A stretch of DNA of 64,000 bases from an uncultured Alphaproteobacteria bacterium (lineage in GTDB: Bacteria; Pseudomonadota; Alphaproteobacteria; SHVP01), in contig CAYGKG010000004.1 of the NCBI GenBank assembly GCA_964350495.1, forward strand, positions 1,900 through 65,899, written 5' to 3'. The position numbers and the translations under genes are program-made. Below, piece after piece: positions 38,513-49,488 of the stretch. Below the pieces are notes generated by a model that ran no database searches, was not told the origin of the DNA, and was given only the letters and a program-made list of their open reading frames with translations. Positions within the stretch are counted from its first letter, which is position 1; each line of letters begins with the position of its first letter.

Positions 38513-38554
38513 AACGCCCTTCCGGCGCGCCGGAAGATGCTGAGAGGATACGAG

Positions 38555-38848
38555 ATGTCTAGACGTTGTGAACTGACTGGAAAAGGCGTTCTGACCGGGA
38601 ACAATGTCAGCCACGCGCATAATAAGACCCGCCGCCGGTTCTTGCCGAACCTTCTGGACGTCTCGTTGATTAGCGACTCGCTCGGGCAGAGTTTTCGCCT
38701 GAAGATTTCTCGTCAAGCGCAACGGTCGGTCGATCACGCGGGCGGTTTTGATTCGTTCATCGCCAAGGCGAAAGACGAGCACCTCAGCGATCGCGTACGT
38801 CAGATCAAGAAACGGGTCGTGAAAACGGCGGCTGCTGCCGCGGCTTAG
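38555..38848 (+). CDS. rpmB: 50S ribosomal protein L28
   Basis: [33 protein letters not shown] is the conserved L28 N-terminus. The Ala-rich C-terminal tail matches the alphaproteobacterial long form. The RBS is GAGAGGA. Confidence 0.9.
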   Translation: MSRRCELTGKGVLTGNNVSHAHNKTRRRFLPNLLDVSLISDSLGQSFRLKISRQAQRSVDHAGGFDSFIAKAKDEHLSDRVRQIKKRVVKTAAAAAA

Positions 38849-38908
38849 TTTTTCCGACATGGCGTGGGCACCACCCCGCGCTCGCGCCCAGCCCTTCCAT
38901 TCCGCAGC

Positions 38909-39472
38909 ATGCAGGGGACTGCATTGCCAGATCACCGCGCATTGATACTCCCTATCGTCGCGATGGTGGCGATCGTCGTTGCGTCGAACTTTCTTGTTCA
39001 GTTTCCGATCAACGACTTCCTGACTTGGGGTGCGTTTACTTTTCCGATTGCCTTTCTCGTCACCGACCTCACGAACCGGAGGTTCGGTCCTTCGCGTGCC
39101 CGACTCGTTGTCTATGCCGGTTTTTTGATCGGCGTCTTGCTTTCGGGCGTTCTCGCCGGTCCGCGGATCGGCATTGCGAGCGGGACCGCTTTCCTCGCCG
39201 GGCAGCTTCTTGATATTGCCGTCTTTGACCGCCTAAGGCGGGCCACATGGTGGCGCGCGCCGCTTGCCTCGTCGGTTTCGGCCTCGGCGGTCGATACCGC
39301 CATCTTCTTCAGTTTGGCGTTTGCCGGCACCGGCGTTCCCTGGATTACCTTGGGAATCGGCGACTTTGGCGTGAAGCTGGCGATGGCCGCGACACTCCTG
39401 ATCCCCTATCGCGCGTTGATGGTTTATGTTGCGGCCATGCCGCCGCGGCGGTCCGACATCGGACTGCACTAA
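38909..39472 (+). CDS. yhhQ: Queuosine-precursor transporter (YhhQ/DUF165 family) membrane protein
   Basis: Multi-TM protein with conserved [33 protein letters not shown] and [15 protein letters not shown] segments typical of YhhQ. Confidence 0.7.
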   Translation: MQGTALPDHRALILPIVAMVAIVVASNFLVQFPINDFLTWGAFTFPIAFLVTDLTNRRFGPSRARLVVYAGFLIGVLLSGVLAGPRIGIASGTAFLAGQLLDIAVFDRLRRATWWRAPLASSVSASAVDTAIFFSLAFAGTGVPWITLGIGDFGVKLAMAATLLIPYRALMVYVAAMPPRRSDIGLH

Positions 39473-39494
39473 CCTTCAACAAAGCGACGCTCCC

Positions 39495-40121
39495 ATGCTC
39501 AATGTTCTGGATCATCCCCTTATCGCGCACAAGCTAAGCCTTATGCGCGACGTTGCCTGCTCGACGAAGGATTTCCGGACATTGCTCAAGGAGATCGGTC
39601 TTCTCATGGGGTATGAACTGACCCGCGACCTACCGGTGCGCTATGAAAAGGTAACGACGCCTGTCGCAGAAACGATGGGGCGCTTTATTGCCGGAAAGAA
39701 GGTCGCAATTGTGCCGATCCTGCGCGCCGGTCTGGGCATGGCCGACGGTCTGTTGGAACTGATGCCGTCGGCGCGAGTCGGTCATGTTGGGGTTTACCGC
39801 GACCCTGAATCGTTGGAAGCGATCGAGTATTTGGTGAAGCTTCCCGAGGCCGAGGGACGATTGTTCATTGTCGTCGACCCGATGCTCGCGACCGGCAACT
39901 CGGCGGTGCACGCCCTCGATGTCTTGAACAAACGAGGCGTCGCAGACGAGAACATTCGCTTCATGGCACTGGTCGCGGCCCCCGAGGGCGTCGCCCGGTT
40001 GGCCGAAACCCACCCGAACGTTTCGATATTCGTCGCGGCGCTGGACGAGAGGCTGAACGACCACGCCTACATCGTTCCAGGTCTTGGCGATGCCGGCGAC
40101 CGCCTATTCGGCACGAAGTAG
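39495..40121 (+). CDS. upp: Uracil phosphoribosyltransferase
   Basis: N-terminus [23 protein letters not shown]-binding motif [13 protein letters not shown]-terminus [17 protein letters not shown]. Confidence 0.9.
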   Translation: MLNVLDHPLIAHKLSLMRDVACSTKDFRTLLKEIGLLMGYELTRDLPVRYEKVTTPVAETMGRFIAGKKVAIVPILRAGLGMADGLLELMPSARVGHVGVYRDPESLEAIEYLVKLPEAEGRLFIVVDPMLATGNSAVHALDVLNKRGVADENIRFMALVAAPEGVARLAETHPNVSIFVAALDERLNDHAYIVPGLGDAGDRLFGTK

Positions 40122-40125
40122 CGAC

Positions 40126-41103
40126 CTAAACCGGATCCCAGACGAAGCCCAGCAGCAGCGTCTGCTGCAAGAAGTTGAAGTTGTCGTCGGAGATCAGCCA
40201 GACGAACAGGCGACCGTCCGGTCGTTCGGACACGGCGATACCTTCGAAGTTGTCGCTGATCGTCGATCCCGCAAAGCGCGCGATGATGTCGCCGCCGATG
40301 GACCTGCCCGGAACGATCGCGGACTTCTCGATCAGGCGAACTCTTGCCGTGAACCCGATCAGTGCCGAAAACCGCCGCTCCAGGACGAGCAATCCTATTG
40401 TCGGGTGGTAGGCGGCGTCCGTCGGTTTCCAGTTGGTCTTTGGATAGGCCACGGGATCGCGCCGGTCCCGATCGATGAGCCACCCGACAAGATCGCCGCT
40501 TGGCGCATAATCCTCGGTCAACGCAAGCAGGCGTCCATCATCCAGCCCGGCCAGGGCTTCGATACCGCCGTTCGCCGGGGATTTGGCGAGGCCCGGGATA
40601 TCGCGGATGTAGTCGGGGCGTCCTAGGTCGCGTGCCGCCGGGTCGTAGAGTCCGATTCGGTGGAACCGTTCAAACGCCACCGCATAGGTGCCGTTCCATT
40701 TCGTGATCGCCTCGGCGTCGTGTTCGCCGCGTTCGATCTTCAAGGGTTCGCCCTTGCTGCTCAGAATCGGAGCAAGTTCGCTCCCGTCGATGCCGGTAAA
40801 GCGACCGTCGTTATTCACCACAAGGCGTGCGCGATACCAAAAGCCGCGATCGGTTACCGCCGTGAGGCGATCGGCTTCCACGACGAGGCCCGAGAGCCCG
40901 CCAAACCGCCGGTCGCGGGCGTTGAGGGCAAAGCCGCCGACGTACCTGAGGGGGCCGAGGCGGGTGACTGAAGGGTCTTCGCGGTCGAGTTGAGCCGGCG
41001 TCGCGGATACGACGATCGGTTCGGCCGCTCCTTCGCTTGCGCCAAGAAATGTGAGGAGCGCTAAGAGCGCGAGCGGGCCGCCAAAGTGAAAGGCGCGACT
41101 CAA
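40126..41103 (-). CDS. Secreted esterase-like-activity-of-phytase family protein
   Basis: Signal peptide (MSRAFHFGGPLALLALLTFLGASEGAA). The layout matches the phytase-like esterase domain (GGLSGLVV...EGIAVSERPDGRLFVWLISDDNF). Confidence 0.6.
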   Translation of the reverse strand: MSRAFHFGGPLALLALLTFLGASEGAAEPIVVSATPAQLDREDPSVTRLGPLRYVGGFALNARDRRFGGLSGLVVEADRLTAVTDRGFWYRARLVVNNDGRFTGIDGSELAPILSSKGEPLKIERGEHDAEAITKWNGTYAVAFERFHRIGLYDPAARDLGRPDYIRDIPGLAKSPANGGIEALAGLDDGRLLALTEDYAPSGDLVGWLIDRDRRDPVAYPKTNWKPTDAAYHPTIGLLVLERRFSALIGFTARVRLIEKSAIVPGRSIGGDIIARFAGSTISDNFEGIAVSERPDGRLFVWLISDDNFNFLQQTLLLGFVWDPV

Positions 41104-41783
41104 TCGGTCGGCTTTGGCGGCAGCGTCACTTTGAAATGACGCCGAAGGATTTCAGCAATATTCTCGTAGCACACGCCGTACCGGTGGACGGTGCAATTCT
41201 CGACGTCGAGCAACGTCGAGGAAGCCGCATAGGTGTGGTACTTCATTAGGCCGTAATCGACGACGATGTCGGCAATGTCGGTGATTTCGCTCTGCATTTC
41301 ATCGACGCGGAAACGCGTGCCTGTGAGGGTCAGGTTGGCCGACGATCCAAACAGGAGATGTTCTTGCGACAAGCTAAGTTTGGTGATCTCCGCGTGAAAC
41401 TTGCCGGAGTTCATCAACATCAGAAGTGTGTCGCCCTTTGTGCTGCGCTGGTAGGTGTCGCGGTCTAGCGTTTTCAGCAACGGATGATCGATGGCGCACG
41501 GGGCGATCAAGCCCAACGGTAAGTCGTAGTCCAAGCAAATCGCTTCGTAGATTTCCTGGCCGCGGGTGCTGACCCGATGAAGTGCCCTGTGCAGATCGTC
41601 GTTTCCTAGCATGGCGTTGAGCTTCGAGGGGGCTCGCTTCTTCGTGTCGAAAATGCGTTTGAGCGCCTGCGGCGATCCACCAATCAACGAATAACCTACG
41701 TCCATCGGCAGGATCGCGATCCCGCCGTCCCTCAGGATCGCAAAGGCCTTCGCCGCGTCGCCTTGGATATCTAGTACGCTCAT
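41100..41783 (-). CDS. YrdC/Sua5-family (L-threonylcarbamoyladenylate synthase-like) protein
   Basis: N-terminal pattern LRDGGIAILPMDVGYSLIGGSPQALKRIFDTKKRAPSK fits the YrdC fold signature. Start is taken at MSVLD. The longer ORF-track start would overlap the cobT 3' end. Confidence 0.55.
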   Translation of the reverse strand: MSVLDIQGDAAKAFAILRDGGIAILPMDVGYSLIGGSPQALKRIFDTKKRAPSKLNAMLGNDDLHRALHRVSTRGQEIYEAICLDYDLPLGLIAPCAIDHPLLKTLDRDTYQRSTKGDTLLMLMNSGKFHAEITKLSLSQEHLLFGSSANLTLTGTRFRVDEMQSEITDIADIVVDYGLMKYHTYAASSTLLDVENCTVHRYGVCYENIAEILRRHFKVTLPPKPTD

Positions 41784-41799
41784 CTGATCTACTTTCTTG

Positions 41800-43644
41800 T
41801 TAATGTCGAGCCCGGGCTTGGCCGGGGTCTTCGTCGAACAGGTCGGCAAGTTGCTCCATCATCGCGCCGCCGAGTTGTTCGGCGTCGACGATCGTCACGG
41901 CGCGGCGATAGTACCGATTGACGTCGTGCCCGATTCCGATGGCGATGAGTTCGACTGGCGATCGGTTCTCGATCCAATTGATCACTTCGCGCAGATGTTG
42001 GTCTAGGTAGTTGCCCGGATTAACCGACAGCGTCGAATCGTCGACCGGAGCGCCATCGGAGATCACCATGAGGATGCGCCGCTGCTCGGGCCGGGCCAAT
42101 AGCCGTTGGTGGGCCCATGTGAGCGCTTCCCCGTCGATATTTTCTTTGAGCAGTCCTTCGCGCAGCATCAGGCCCAGCCCACGCCGCGCGCGCCGCCAGG
42201 GTTCGTCGGCGGACTTGTAGACGATGTGGCGCAGGTCGTTCAGACGACCTGGGTTGAGCGGTTTGCCCTCCGACAGCCATTTCTCGCGAGCCTGGCCGCC
42301 CTTCCAGGCCACCGTTGTGAAGCCAAGAATTTCCACATTGACGCCGCAACGTTCGAGCGTCCGGGCGAGGATGTCCGCGCACATAGCAGCCACCGTGACC
42401 GGCCTACCGCGCATCGAGCCTGAATTGTCGATTAGCAACGATACGACGGTATCTCGAAAGTCGGTCTCGCGTTCCATCTTGTAGGACAGGGAATAGAGCG
42501 GATTGACGATCACCCGAGCCAGGCGGGCGGCGTCGAGTTGACCTTCCTCCAGGTCGAAATCCCAGGCCCGCTGCTGCTTGGCCATGAGCCGACGCTGGAG
42601 CCGATTGGCGAGCCTGCCGACCGCACCTTGCAGGTAGTGCAACTGCTGATCCAAATGGCGACGGAGGCGGGCGAGTTCGTCCGGATCGCACAGGTCCGAG
42701 GCATGAACGATTTCGTCGAATGCCGTGGTATAGGCGCGGTAGGTCGGTTCGTTGCGCCGCCGGCTAGGGTCGTCCTGCCATTGTTCGGGGCGCCCCCCAG
42801 GCTCTCCTTCGCCGGCCATTTCGCGTCGTTCCTCGGCACTCGTGCCGGCCGCCGATTCGGCGGCATCGTCCATCGACCCATCGGCCGCGTCGTCGCCGAC
42901 CGATTGCATCGCGCCTTCGGCTTCGCCGTCGCCTTCGTCGGATTGCCCCTCTTGTTCCTGATCGGCGTCGTCGGATTCCTCGGCTTCGTCCGGATCCGGC
43001 TCAAGGGTATCTTCTTCGGCCAGGTCGAGGTGGGCGATCAGGCGACGGGCAACCTTGGAGAACGCCGCTTGATCTCCAACCGTCTCGCATAGTGCGTCGA
43101 TGTCTTCGCGGGCAGGACCATCGAGGGTCTCACGCCAGGCGTCCACGATCGCCCGCGCCGCTTCGGGCGCTTCGGCGCCGGTGAGTTTCTCGCGTAAAGC
43201 CAGGCGCACAGCCTCCGACAGGGGCAGGTCATCTGGGCTACGAGTGTCCTCAGGTCGAGCCCGCTCGTAATGCTCGGCGAGCGCAGCCTCAAGGTTCCTC
43301 GCGACGCCTTCATACTGCAGTGCGCCGATAGCTTCGATCCGGGCTAGTTCCGCCGAGTCATAGACCGCTTGTGCAACCGCGCCGTCAGGACGTCGGCGCG
43401 CATGCAGCTTTGCGTCGTGGTGTCTTAGTCGGAGTGCAAAGGAATCGGCGACACCGCGAACCTGGCTCACCTCGTTGGTGTTGAGATCGCGGGAGGGTTG
43501 CGGAAGACGAACGCTGTCTTCCCTGATCCCGGGCGATTCGACGCCGAACGACACCTCGAGGTCTTTGACCGCAGAAATGGCCCGCGTAGCAGCGCTAACT
43601 GCCCGTTTGAAGTTCTCGACCGGGCTGCGGGTCTCGCTCGACAC
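41800..43644 (-). CDS. cobT: Aerobic cobaltochelatase subunit CobT (acidic region + C-terminal vWA domain)
   Basis: N-terminus (V/M)[22 protein letters not shown]...RLPQPSRD is typical of CobT. A long Asp/Glu-rich segment follows. The C-terminal vWA/MIDAS region is [19 protein letters not shown]. The GTG start abuts the cobS stop. Confidence 0.85.
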   Translation of the reverse strand: MSSETRSPVENFKRAVSAATRAISAVKDLEVSFGVESPGIREDSVRLPQPSRDLNTNEVSQVRGVADSFALRLRHHDAKLHARRRPDGAVAQAVYDSAELARIEAIGALQYEGVARNLEAALAEHYERARPEDTRSPDDLPLSEAVRLALREKLTGAEAPEAARAIVDAWRETLDGPAREDIDALCETVGDQAAFSKVARRLIAHLDLAEEDTLEPDPDEAEESDDADQEQEGQSDEGDGEAEGAMQSVGDDAADGSMDDAAESAAGTSAEERREMAGEGEPGGRPEQWQDDPSRRRNEPTYRAYTTAFDEIVHASDLCDPDELARLRRHLDQQLHYLQGAVGRLANRLQRRLMAKQQRAWDFDLEEGQLDAARLARVIVNPLYSLSYKMERETDFRDTVVSLLIDNSGSMRGRPVTVAAMCADILARTLERCGVNVEILGFTTVAWKGGQAREKWLSEGKPLNPGRLNDLRHIVYKSADEPWRRARRGLGLMLREGLLKENIDGEALTWAHQRLLARPEQRRILMVISDGAPVDDSTLSVNPGNYLDQHLREVINWIENRSPVELIAIGIGHDVNRYYRRAVTIVDAEQLGGAMMEQLADLFDEDPGQARARH

Positions 43645-44649
43645 TTAGTGTGGTTTTGCGAGGGCGGCGCTTTCCGGCAAATCTTCGCCGAAGGACCGCT
43701 GGTAGTATTCCGCAATGAGCGGTCGTTCCATCTCGTCGCATTTGTTCGCGAAAGTGAGGCGGAAAGCGAACCCGACATCGTTGAAAATCTGGGCGTTCTC
43801 GGCCCACGTGATCACCGTGCGCGGCGACATGACGGTCGAAATGTCGCCGGACTGAAAGCCGGTGCGCGAAAGCTCCGCGACGCGGACCATCTTGGCGACG
43901 ATCTTTCGCCCATCCTCGGTGTCGTACTCCGGAACCTTGGCGAGCACGATGGCGACCTCTTGCTCGTGCGGCAGGTAGTTCAAAGTCGCCACCAGATTCC
44001 AGCGGTCCATTTGACCTTGGTTGATCTGTTGCGTTCCGTGATAGAGGCCGGTTGTGTCGCCCAAGCCGATAGTATTCGCTGTCGCGAACAGGCGGAACGC
44101 AGGGTGGGGACGGATCACTCGATTCTGGTCAAGGAGGGTCATCTTGCCCTCGGCCTCGAGGACTCGCTGGATCACGAACATCACATCGGCGCGTCCGGCA
44201 TCGTACTCGTCGAAGACCAACGCGGTCGCCGTCTGCAACGCCCACGGCAGAATTCCTTCGCGAAATTCCGTGATCTGTTTGCCGTCGCGGATCACGATGG
44301 CGTCCTTGCCGATGAGGTCGATTCGGCTGATGTGGCTATCGAGGTTCACGCGGATGCAAGGCCAGTTCAACCGCGCCGCGACCTGCTCGATGTGAGTGGA
44401 CTTCCCGGTACCGTGCAGGCCTTGGATCATGACCTTTCGGTTGTACTTGAACCCGGCCAAGATCGCGGTCGTCGTGTCGTGGTCGAAGCGATAGGCCTCA
44501 TCGATATCGGGCACATATTCGTTCGGTTGCGAAAACGCGGGCACGAGCATGTCGGTATCGAGACCGAATACCTGCCGAGCGGATACATCGATGTCTGGAA
44601 TGTGGTTAGGATCCTTAGCTGCGGCCAAGGCGCTTTCGTGGCTCTCCAA
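43645..44649 (-). CDS. cobS: Aerobic cobaltochelatase subunit CobS (AAA+ MoxR-like ATPase)
   Basis: [19 protein letters not shown] is the CobS N-terminal signature. Walker A is [16 protein letters not shown]+ sensor motifs are present. Confidence 0.85.
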   Translation of the reverse strand: MESHESALAAAKDPNHIPDIDVSARQVFGLDTDMLVPAFSQPNEYVPDIDEAYRFDHDTTTAILAGFKYNRKVMIQGLHGTGKSTHIEQVAARLNWPCIRVNLDSHISRIDLIGKDAIVIRDGKQITEFREGILPWALQTATALVFDEYDAGRADVMFVIQRVLEAEGKMTLLDQNRVIRPHPAFRLFATANTIGLGDTTGLYHGTQQINQGQMDRWNLVATLNYLPHEQEVAIVLAKVPEYDTEDGRKIVAKMVRVAELSRTGFQSGDISTVMSPRTVITWAENAQIFNDVGFAFRLTFANKCDEMERPLIAEYYQRSFGEDLPESAALAKPH

Positions 44650-44671
44650 GTTTTTCGTCCCGATTCCTGGT

Positions 44672-45247
44672 TTAGACGTGCCCTGCAGACAGCAGGTACG
44701 AGTAGGCTTCGTTGATTCGTTTCAAACGCTCTTCGGCCTCTTTATTCCCGCCATTCAGATCGGGGTGGAACCGTTTCGCCAATTCCTTATAGCGGAATTT
44801 GACCTCCTGAGGAGTCGCCTCTTCGGGGAGGCCCAGCCGCCGCAATGCCTTGGCGACTGGCCCCGGAACGCGCCGCTTGGCTTGCCGAAGGCGAACACCG
44901 TCGATCCCGAGCGGGTTGTCGCGGAAGAGGCCGAACTGGTCGTCGATCCCTTCGAAGATCGCTTTCTTTCGGTCTGCGCCTCTGGTCTTGCCGGTGACGC
45001 TCCAGGTTGGCCGATGCCACGTGTTGGTGTTGTGGCGATAATCTTCGACCTCAGCGTCCGACATGCCTTCGAAATAGTTCCACGATTTGTTGTATTCGCG
45101 CACGTGTTTGAGGCAAAACCAGTGATATTCCGACGGCTCGCCACGGGATTTGGGCGCACGATGGGCCCCTTCGGCGTCGCACCCCTCGTGGTCGCACAGG
45201 CGTTTGGACGTCGATTCGCGTATCGTTTCGCGCGGGTCAAAGGTCAT
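44672..45247 (-). CDS. J-domain protein with N-terminal Cys/His-rich segment (conserved partner of cobS in alphaproteobacteria)
   Basis: The C-terminal J domain carries the HPD motif ([33 protein letters not shown]). The N-terminus has [10 protein letters not shown]...HWFCLKH. Confidence 0.75.
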   Translation of the reverse strand: MTFDPRETIRESTSKRLCDHEGCDAEGAHRAPKSRGEPSEYHWFCLKHVREYNKSWNYFEGMSDAEVEDYRHNTNTWHRPTWSVTGKTRGADRKKAIFEGIDDQFGLFRDNPLGIDGVRLRQAKRRVPGPVAKALRRLGLPEEATPQEVKFRYKELAKRFHPDLNGGNKEAEERLKRINEAYSYLLSAGHV

Positions 45248-45334
45248 TGGCGGAGTATGATATTTCGCAATCGTCCCGGCAAACCAAACTCGAACGTCAA
45301 TTCGCCGAAAAGCATTAATTACTGAGGTTTCAAA

Positions 45335-45625
45335 ATGGGTGCTGAAAGCAGAATTCGCAACCGGTTATCTGAACTCGAGCCAACGGTTGTCGAACTCGTA
45401 GACGAGTCCGCCAAGCACCACGGGCATGCCGGGTGGCGGGAAGGCGGGGAAACCCACTTCAATCTCAAAATAGAAGCCGCCGTTTTTGTCGGAAAGTCCC
45501 GGGTTCAGCGCCAGCGACTTGTTCTCAAGGCGCTGCAGGCCGAGTTCGATGCCGGTCTTCACGCCTTGACCATCGATGCCTATGCCCCTGGCGAACGGGC
45601 AGGTCCGGCCGGGGCCGCTCGCTAA
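45335..45625 (+). CDS. bolA: BolA-family protein
   Basis: 96-aa protein with BolA-like VVELVDESAKHHGHAG...HFNLKIEAAVFVGKSRVQRQR. Confidence 0.7.
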   Translation: MGAESRIRNRLSELEPTVVELVDESAKHHGHAGWREGGETHFNLKIEAAVFVGKSRVQRQRLVLKALQAEFDAGLHALTIDAYAPGERAGPAGAAR

Positions 45626-46500
45626 AGCACCAGAATCAGCAGGAAAGGCATGGTCGCGAAGGAGATGGCCGTCGACAGGATGATGGCCGCAGCCACGTCG
45701 TCTGGTTCCCGCTTGTACCGCAGGGCGAACACATAGTTGAAGATCGCCACGGGCATGGTGGATTGAAGAAGCAGGACGCCTCGAACCGTCCCTTCCAGGC
45801 CGAACAGTTCGGCGATTGCCAAGCCCGCTAGCAGCCCACCGAGCAGGCGTGCCACGGCAAATCCCAGACTGCGACGAATCCGCCTCAGCCGCATCCGGGC
45901 GAGCGAGACCCCGAGCGTCAAAAGCATCAACGGCACGACGAGCGATGCGAGGAGCTCGACGGTGTTGGTGGCCCATTCCGGCAGAGCCGTTTGCGTCACC
46001 ATGAATGGTAACGACAACAGAAGACCGTACAGGACAGGCGTACGTACAAGCTGCTTGGCGTGAACGCCGCCCGCATGGATCGAAATGCCGATCGTGAACT
46101 GCGCGACGGAGTGAACTGAAAACGCTGCGACAGCGAGCGCTAATCCTTCATCGCCAAAGGCGAAGAAGGCGAGCGGAACGCCCATGTTGCCTAGATTCCC
46201 GAACATCACGGACGGGAGGTAGGATGGCAGTTCCAACCTTAGAACGTACTTGATGATTGCGGCGCCAACGACGCCCGTAAGAGCAAGAACCGAAAGATAC
46301 GATCCTGCTACGGCGGCCAGCGTTTCCATCGACACGTCGAGACGCGTGAGGGAGGAAAAAACCAAGCACGGCGTCGCAATGGTCAGGACGATCCCGGTCA
46401 CAAAGTCGGTATCGAAGACACGGCCCGACTTGACCCAGGCGAAGCCGATCGCGGCGGTTAGGAAGACCGGCGCAACGATCGAAAATAGTTCGTTGATCAT
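45622..46500 (-). CDS. AEC-family (auxin-efflux-carrier-like) membrane transporter
   Basis: About 8-10 TM helices. The N-terminus MINELFSIVAPVFLTAAIGFAWVKSGRVFD is typical of the AEC/malate-permease family. Confidence 0.7.
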   Translation of the reverse strand: MINELFSIVAPVFLTAAIGFAWVKSGRVFDTDFVTGIVLTIATPCLVFSSLTRLDVSMETLAAVAGSYLSVLALTGVVGAAIIKYVLRLELPSYLPSVMFGNLGNMGVPLAFFAFGDEGLALAVAAFSVHSVAQFTIGISIHAGGVHAKQLVRTPVLYGLLLSLPFMVTQTALPEWATNTVELLASLVVPLMLLTLGVSLARMRLRRIRRSLGFAVARLLGGLLAGLAIAELFGLEGTVRGVLLLQSTMPVAIFNYVFALRYKREPDDVAAAIILSTAISFATMPFLLILVL

Positions 46501-46531
46501 CCGGCCGCTCGCGGCCCCGGCGCGCTCATCG

Positions 46532-47803
46532 TTAGGTCTTTTTCAGCGGCGTCAGACGCAGCAGCGTGATCTGATTGCGCTTGCGGCGAACGATTTCAAA
46601 CCGCGTGTTGTAGTACTGAAAGACCTGTCCTACCTCGGGAATAGACTGTGATTCATGGATGACGATGCCGGCGACGGTCACCGCCTCTTCGTCGGGTAGA
46701 GTCCAGCCCAAGTCGCGGTTCAGATCGCGAATCGTGACACTCCCCTCAACGATTATGGATCCGTCCTGTTGCGCCCGGATGCCGCGGTGGGCGACGTCGT
46801 ACTCGTCTGCGATCGGTCCTACGATTTCCTCAAGAATGTCCTCCAGCGTCACCATCCCCATGAGGGCGCCGTATTCGTCGACGACAAGGGCGAAGTGTTG
46901 GCGCCGGTCGCGAAACGCCGCCATTTGCTCGATCAACGTTGTCGTCTCGGGAATGAACCAGGGTTCTGCGGCGATTTGCTGCGGATCGATGGCGGCGCTA
47001 TTGCCGCCCGCGGCGACTAGGGCGCGCAGCACGTCCTTTGCATGGAGGATGCCCACGATGTTTTCTGGTTCGTCCCGCCAGAGCGGGAGACGGGTATAGG
47101 GGCTGCTGAGGACCTCTTTGACGATGACTTCTGCTGGCTGACCCGCGTTCACCATGGACATGTTGCTGCGGTGAATCATGACGTCTTCGACGCTGGTTTC
47201 GCTGAGGTCGAATATCCCGTGGAGCATGTCGCTTTCATGCTTCACGAGTCCTCCTTCGTCGGCGTGGATCTGAATGGCGCTTCTCAGTTCCTCCTGCGGC
47301 GACACCAGGAGCGCGTGGGCGCCCCGTTCGGCACCGAATAGACGCAGCGTGAGGCCGACGATCCATTCCACGGACCTGACCACCGGGGTCAGAACCGTCA
47401 CCGTGGCGCCAACGAAAGGCGCGACTCGGAGCGACGTTCGTGTGGGGTGTCTCAGTGCGTAAGTCTTGGGGAGCACCTCGGCGAAGATCAGAACCAGGGC
47501 GGTCATCAGAATCGTGGCATACGCAACGCCGGCGTCGCCGAATTCACTAATCAAGACGCTCGTCGCGAGGGCAGAGGCGAGAATGTTGACGAGATTGTTG
47601 CCCAACAGAATGGAGCCGATCAGGCGCTCGCGTGCCTCGATCAATCGAATGACGGCCTTCGCGCGCCGATTTCCTTGCTTTTCGAGGTGCGAAATGCGGG
47701 GTCGCGATGCGGCGGTCAAGGCGGTCTCCGATCCGGAAAACAGGCCGGAGAGGAATAGCAACGCCAGGATCGCGAGGATCGTCAGAATGACTTCCATGGT
47801 CAT
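46532..47803 (-). CDS. HlyC/CorC-family transporter (DUF21 + CBS pair + CorC_HlyC domains)
   Basis: N-terminal DUF21 TM region (LFLSGLFSGSETALTAAS), tandem CBS domains, and a C-terminal transporter-associated domain. Confidence 0.8.
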   Translation of the reverse strand: MTMEVILTILAILALLFLSGLFSGSETALTAASRPRISHLEKQGNRRAKAVIRLIEARERLIGSILLGNNLVNILASALATSVLISEFGDAGVAYATILMTALVLIFAEVLPKTYALRHPTRTSLRVAPFVGATVTVLTPVVRSVEWIVGLTLRLFGAERGAHALLVSPQEELRSAIQIHADEGGLVKHESDMLHGIFDLSETSVEDVMIHRSNMSMVNAGQPAEVIVKEVLSSPYTRLPLWRDEPENIVGILHAKDVLRALVAAGGNSAAIDPQQIAAEPWFIPETTTLIEQMAAFRDRRQHFALVVDEYGALMGMVTLEDILEEIVGPIADEYDVAHRGIRAQQDGSIIVEGSVTIRDLNRDLGWTLPDEEAVTVAGIVIHESQSIPEVGQVFQYYNTRFEIVRRKRNQITLLRLTPLKKT

Positions 47804-47818
47804 AGGGTATCCGTCGCC

Positions 47819-48925
47819 TTAGGTCGCGCCGCCGGCGTGCAGCGCGGAAAGAACGCGTTCGCTAGCGATATCGTTTGTCAAAGAAGCGCGTCCGATTTCG
47901 TCGACAAGGACGAAGGTGATCTTGCCCGCGTGCACCTTTTTGTCCTGTGCCATGAGTGCATACAGGCTCGAAGCCGTGGCGACTAGGCCGAGATCGCCCA
48001 AACAGACCGGCAGACCGACTGAGGACAGGTGGTCCTGCACGCGCTGCGATTCGTGGAAGCCGCGGTTGGCGGAGAGATGGACAGCCATGACGATGCCGAC
48101 AGCAACCGCTTCGCCGTGCAGAATGCGCCCATCGAACCCGCCAGCCGCCTCAATGGCGTGGCCGAAAGTATGGCCAAGATTGAGCAGGGCTCGGGCGCCG
48201 CTAGTCTCTCGTTCATCGGACTCGACAATCGCCGCCTTCGTGCGACAGCTCGTGGCGACCGCAAGTCGGGTCGCATCGCCGTCGCGCCCGAGGACGGAAG
48301 CGCCGTTCACTTCGAGCCAGCCGAAGAAATCTGCGTCCCTGATGAGCCCGTACTTGGCAACTTCCGCATACCCTGCGCGCATTTGTCGGTCCGGCAGTGT
48401 CTCCAGCGTGTCCAAGTCGATCAAGACCAACGAAGGTTGATGGAACGTGCCGACAAGGTTCTTGCCGTGCTGTGTATTGATGCCCGTCTTGCCCCCGACG
48501 GAGCTATCGACTTGAGACAAAAGAGTCGTTGGGATTTGAACGACGGCGACACCCCTGCGGAGAATGCTTGCGGCAAAACCCGCGAGGTCGCCGACAACGC
48601 CGCCGCCGAGGGCGACGACCGTGTCGCCGCGTTCGATCTCGGCGTCGAGCATGGCGCCGATGACGCGTTCGAGATGATCGAAGCCCTTCGTCGCCTCGCC
48701 CGCCGGTAAGACAATCGCATGCGGAGTCATGCCTGCCGACCTGCAGCTTGCCTCGATCGGGGCAAGGTAGGTCGAAGCGACGGTCTCGTCCGTGACGATC
48801 GCGCATTTTGACGCACCGGTTGCTGCCGCGATCCTCGCGCCCGCCTCGGCGATCAATGCGCGTCCGATCAAGATGTCGTAGCGACGTCCCGGCAATCCAA
48901 CATGGACTGTTTCTTCTATCGTCAT
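47819..48925 (-). CDS. aroB: 3-dehydroquinate synthase
   Basis: NAD-binding GGGVVGDLAGFAA, KTGINTQHGKNLVGTFHQP, and metal-binding His residues (GHTFGHAIE). Confidence 0.9.
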   Translation of the reverse strand: MTIEETVHVGLPGRRYDILIGRALIAEAGARIAAATGASKCAIVTDETVASTYLAPIEASCRSAGMTPHAIVLPAGEATKGFDHLERVIGAMLDAEIERGDTVVALGGGVVGDLAGFAASILRRGVAVVQIPTTLLSQVDSSVGGKTGINTQHGKNLVGTFHQPSLVLIDLDTLETLPDRQMRAGYAEVAKYGLIRDADFFGWLEVNGASVLGRDGDATRLAVATSCRTKAAIVESDERETSGARALLNLGHTFGHAIEAAGGFDGRILHGEAVAVGIVMAVHLSANRGFHESQRVQDHLSSVGLPVCLGDLGLVATASSLYALMAQDKKVHAGKITFVLVDEIGRASLTNDIASERVLSALHAGGAT

Positions 48926-49488
48926 CGCGGGTCTTCCGGTGTGCGCTCACGGAGCGCGTCCAAAATGGCGTCGACGACTTTGTCGATCGCGGTGTCGCCG
49001 CTGTCGACGACAAGGTCGGCTTCCGCGTAGATGGGGTCCCGTTCGGCCATAAGCCGGCGAAGCGTCGTGCCTGGATCCGCCCCGGTCAACAGGGGGCGAT
49101 TGTTGTTTCGTTTGACGCGTTTGAGGATCGTTTCAAGGTCGGCCCGAAGCCAAATGGACAATGCTTTGCTCCGAATGCGCGATCTTGTTTCGGGGTCGAT
49201 GAAGGCGCCGCCGCCGGTCGAGATTACCTTGGGCGCGCCCTCTAGAATGCGTTTAATGACACGGCGCTCCCCTTCGCGGAAGGTTGCCTCACCATGGAAC
49301 TCGAAAATGTCGCTGATGGAGCATCCGGCGGCTTTTTCTATCTCCGTGTCGGCATCCACAAACGGAATGTTCATGCGGCGGGCAAGTCGTCGACCGACGG
49401 TCGTCTTGCCCACCCCCATCAGACCCACCAATACCAAGGGCCGAGAGGGTGGTTTGATTCCTCCACGCCCCTTTTTGTTCTGTGCCAT
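48922..49488 (-). CDS. aroK: Shikimate kinase
   Basis: Walker A LVGLMGVGKTTVGRRLA. It overlaps the aroB start (aroK-aroB operon). Start is taken at MAQNKKGR. Confidence 0.85.
   Translation of the reverse strand: MAQNKKGRGGIKPPSRPLVLVGLMGVGKTTVGRRLARRMNIPFVDADTEIEKAAGCSISDIFEFHGEATFREGERRVIKRILEGAPKVISTGGGAFIDPETRSRIRSKALSIWLRADLETILKRVKRNNNRPLLTGADPGTTLRRLMAERDPIYAEADLVVDSGDTAIDKVVDAILDALRERTPEDPR

Noticed and set aside
43498-44715. A 405-aa plus-strand ORF antisense to cobS.
   Set aside because: There are no recognisable motifs. cobS on the minus strand is unambiguous, with CobS N-terminal signature and Walker A.
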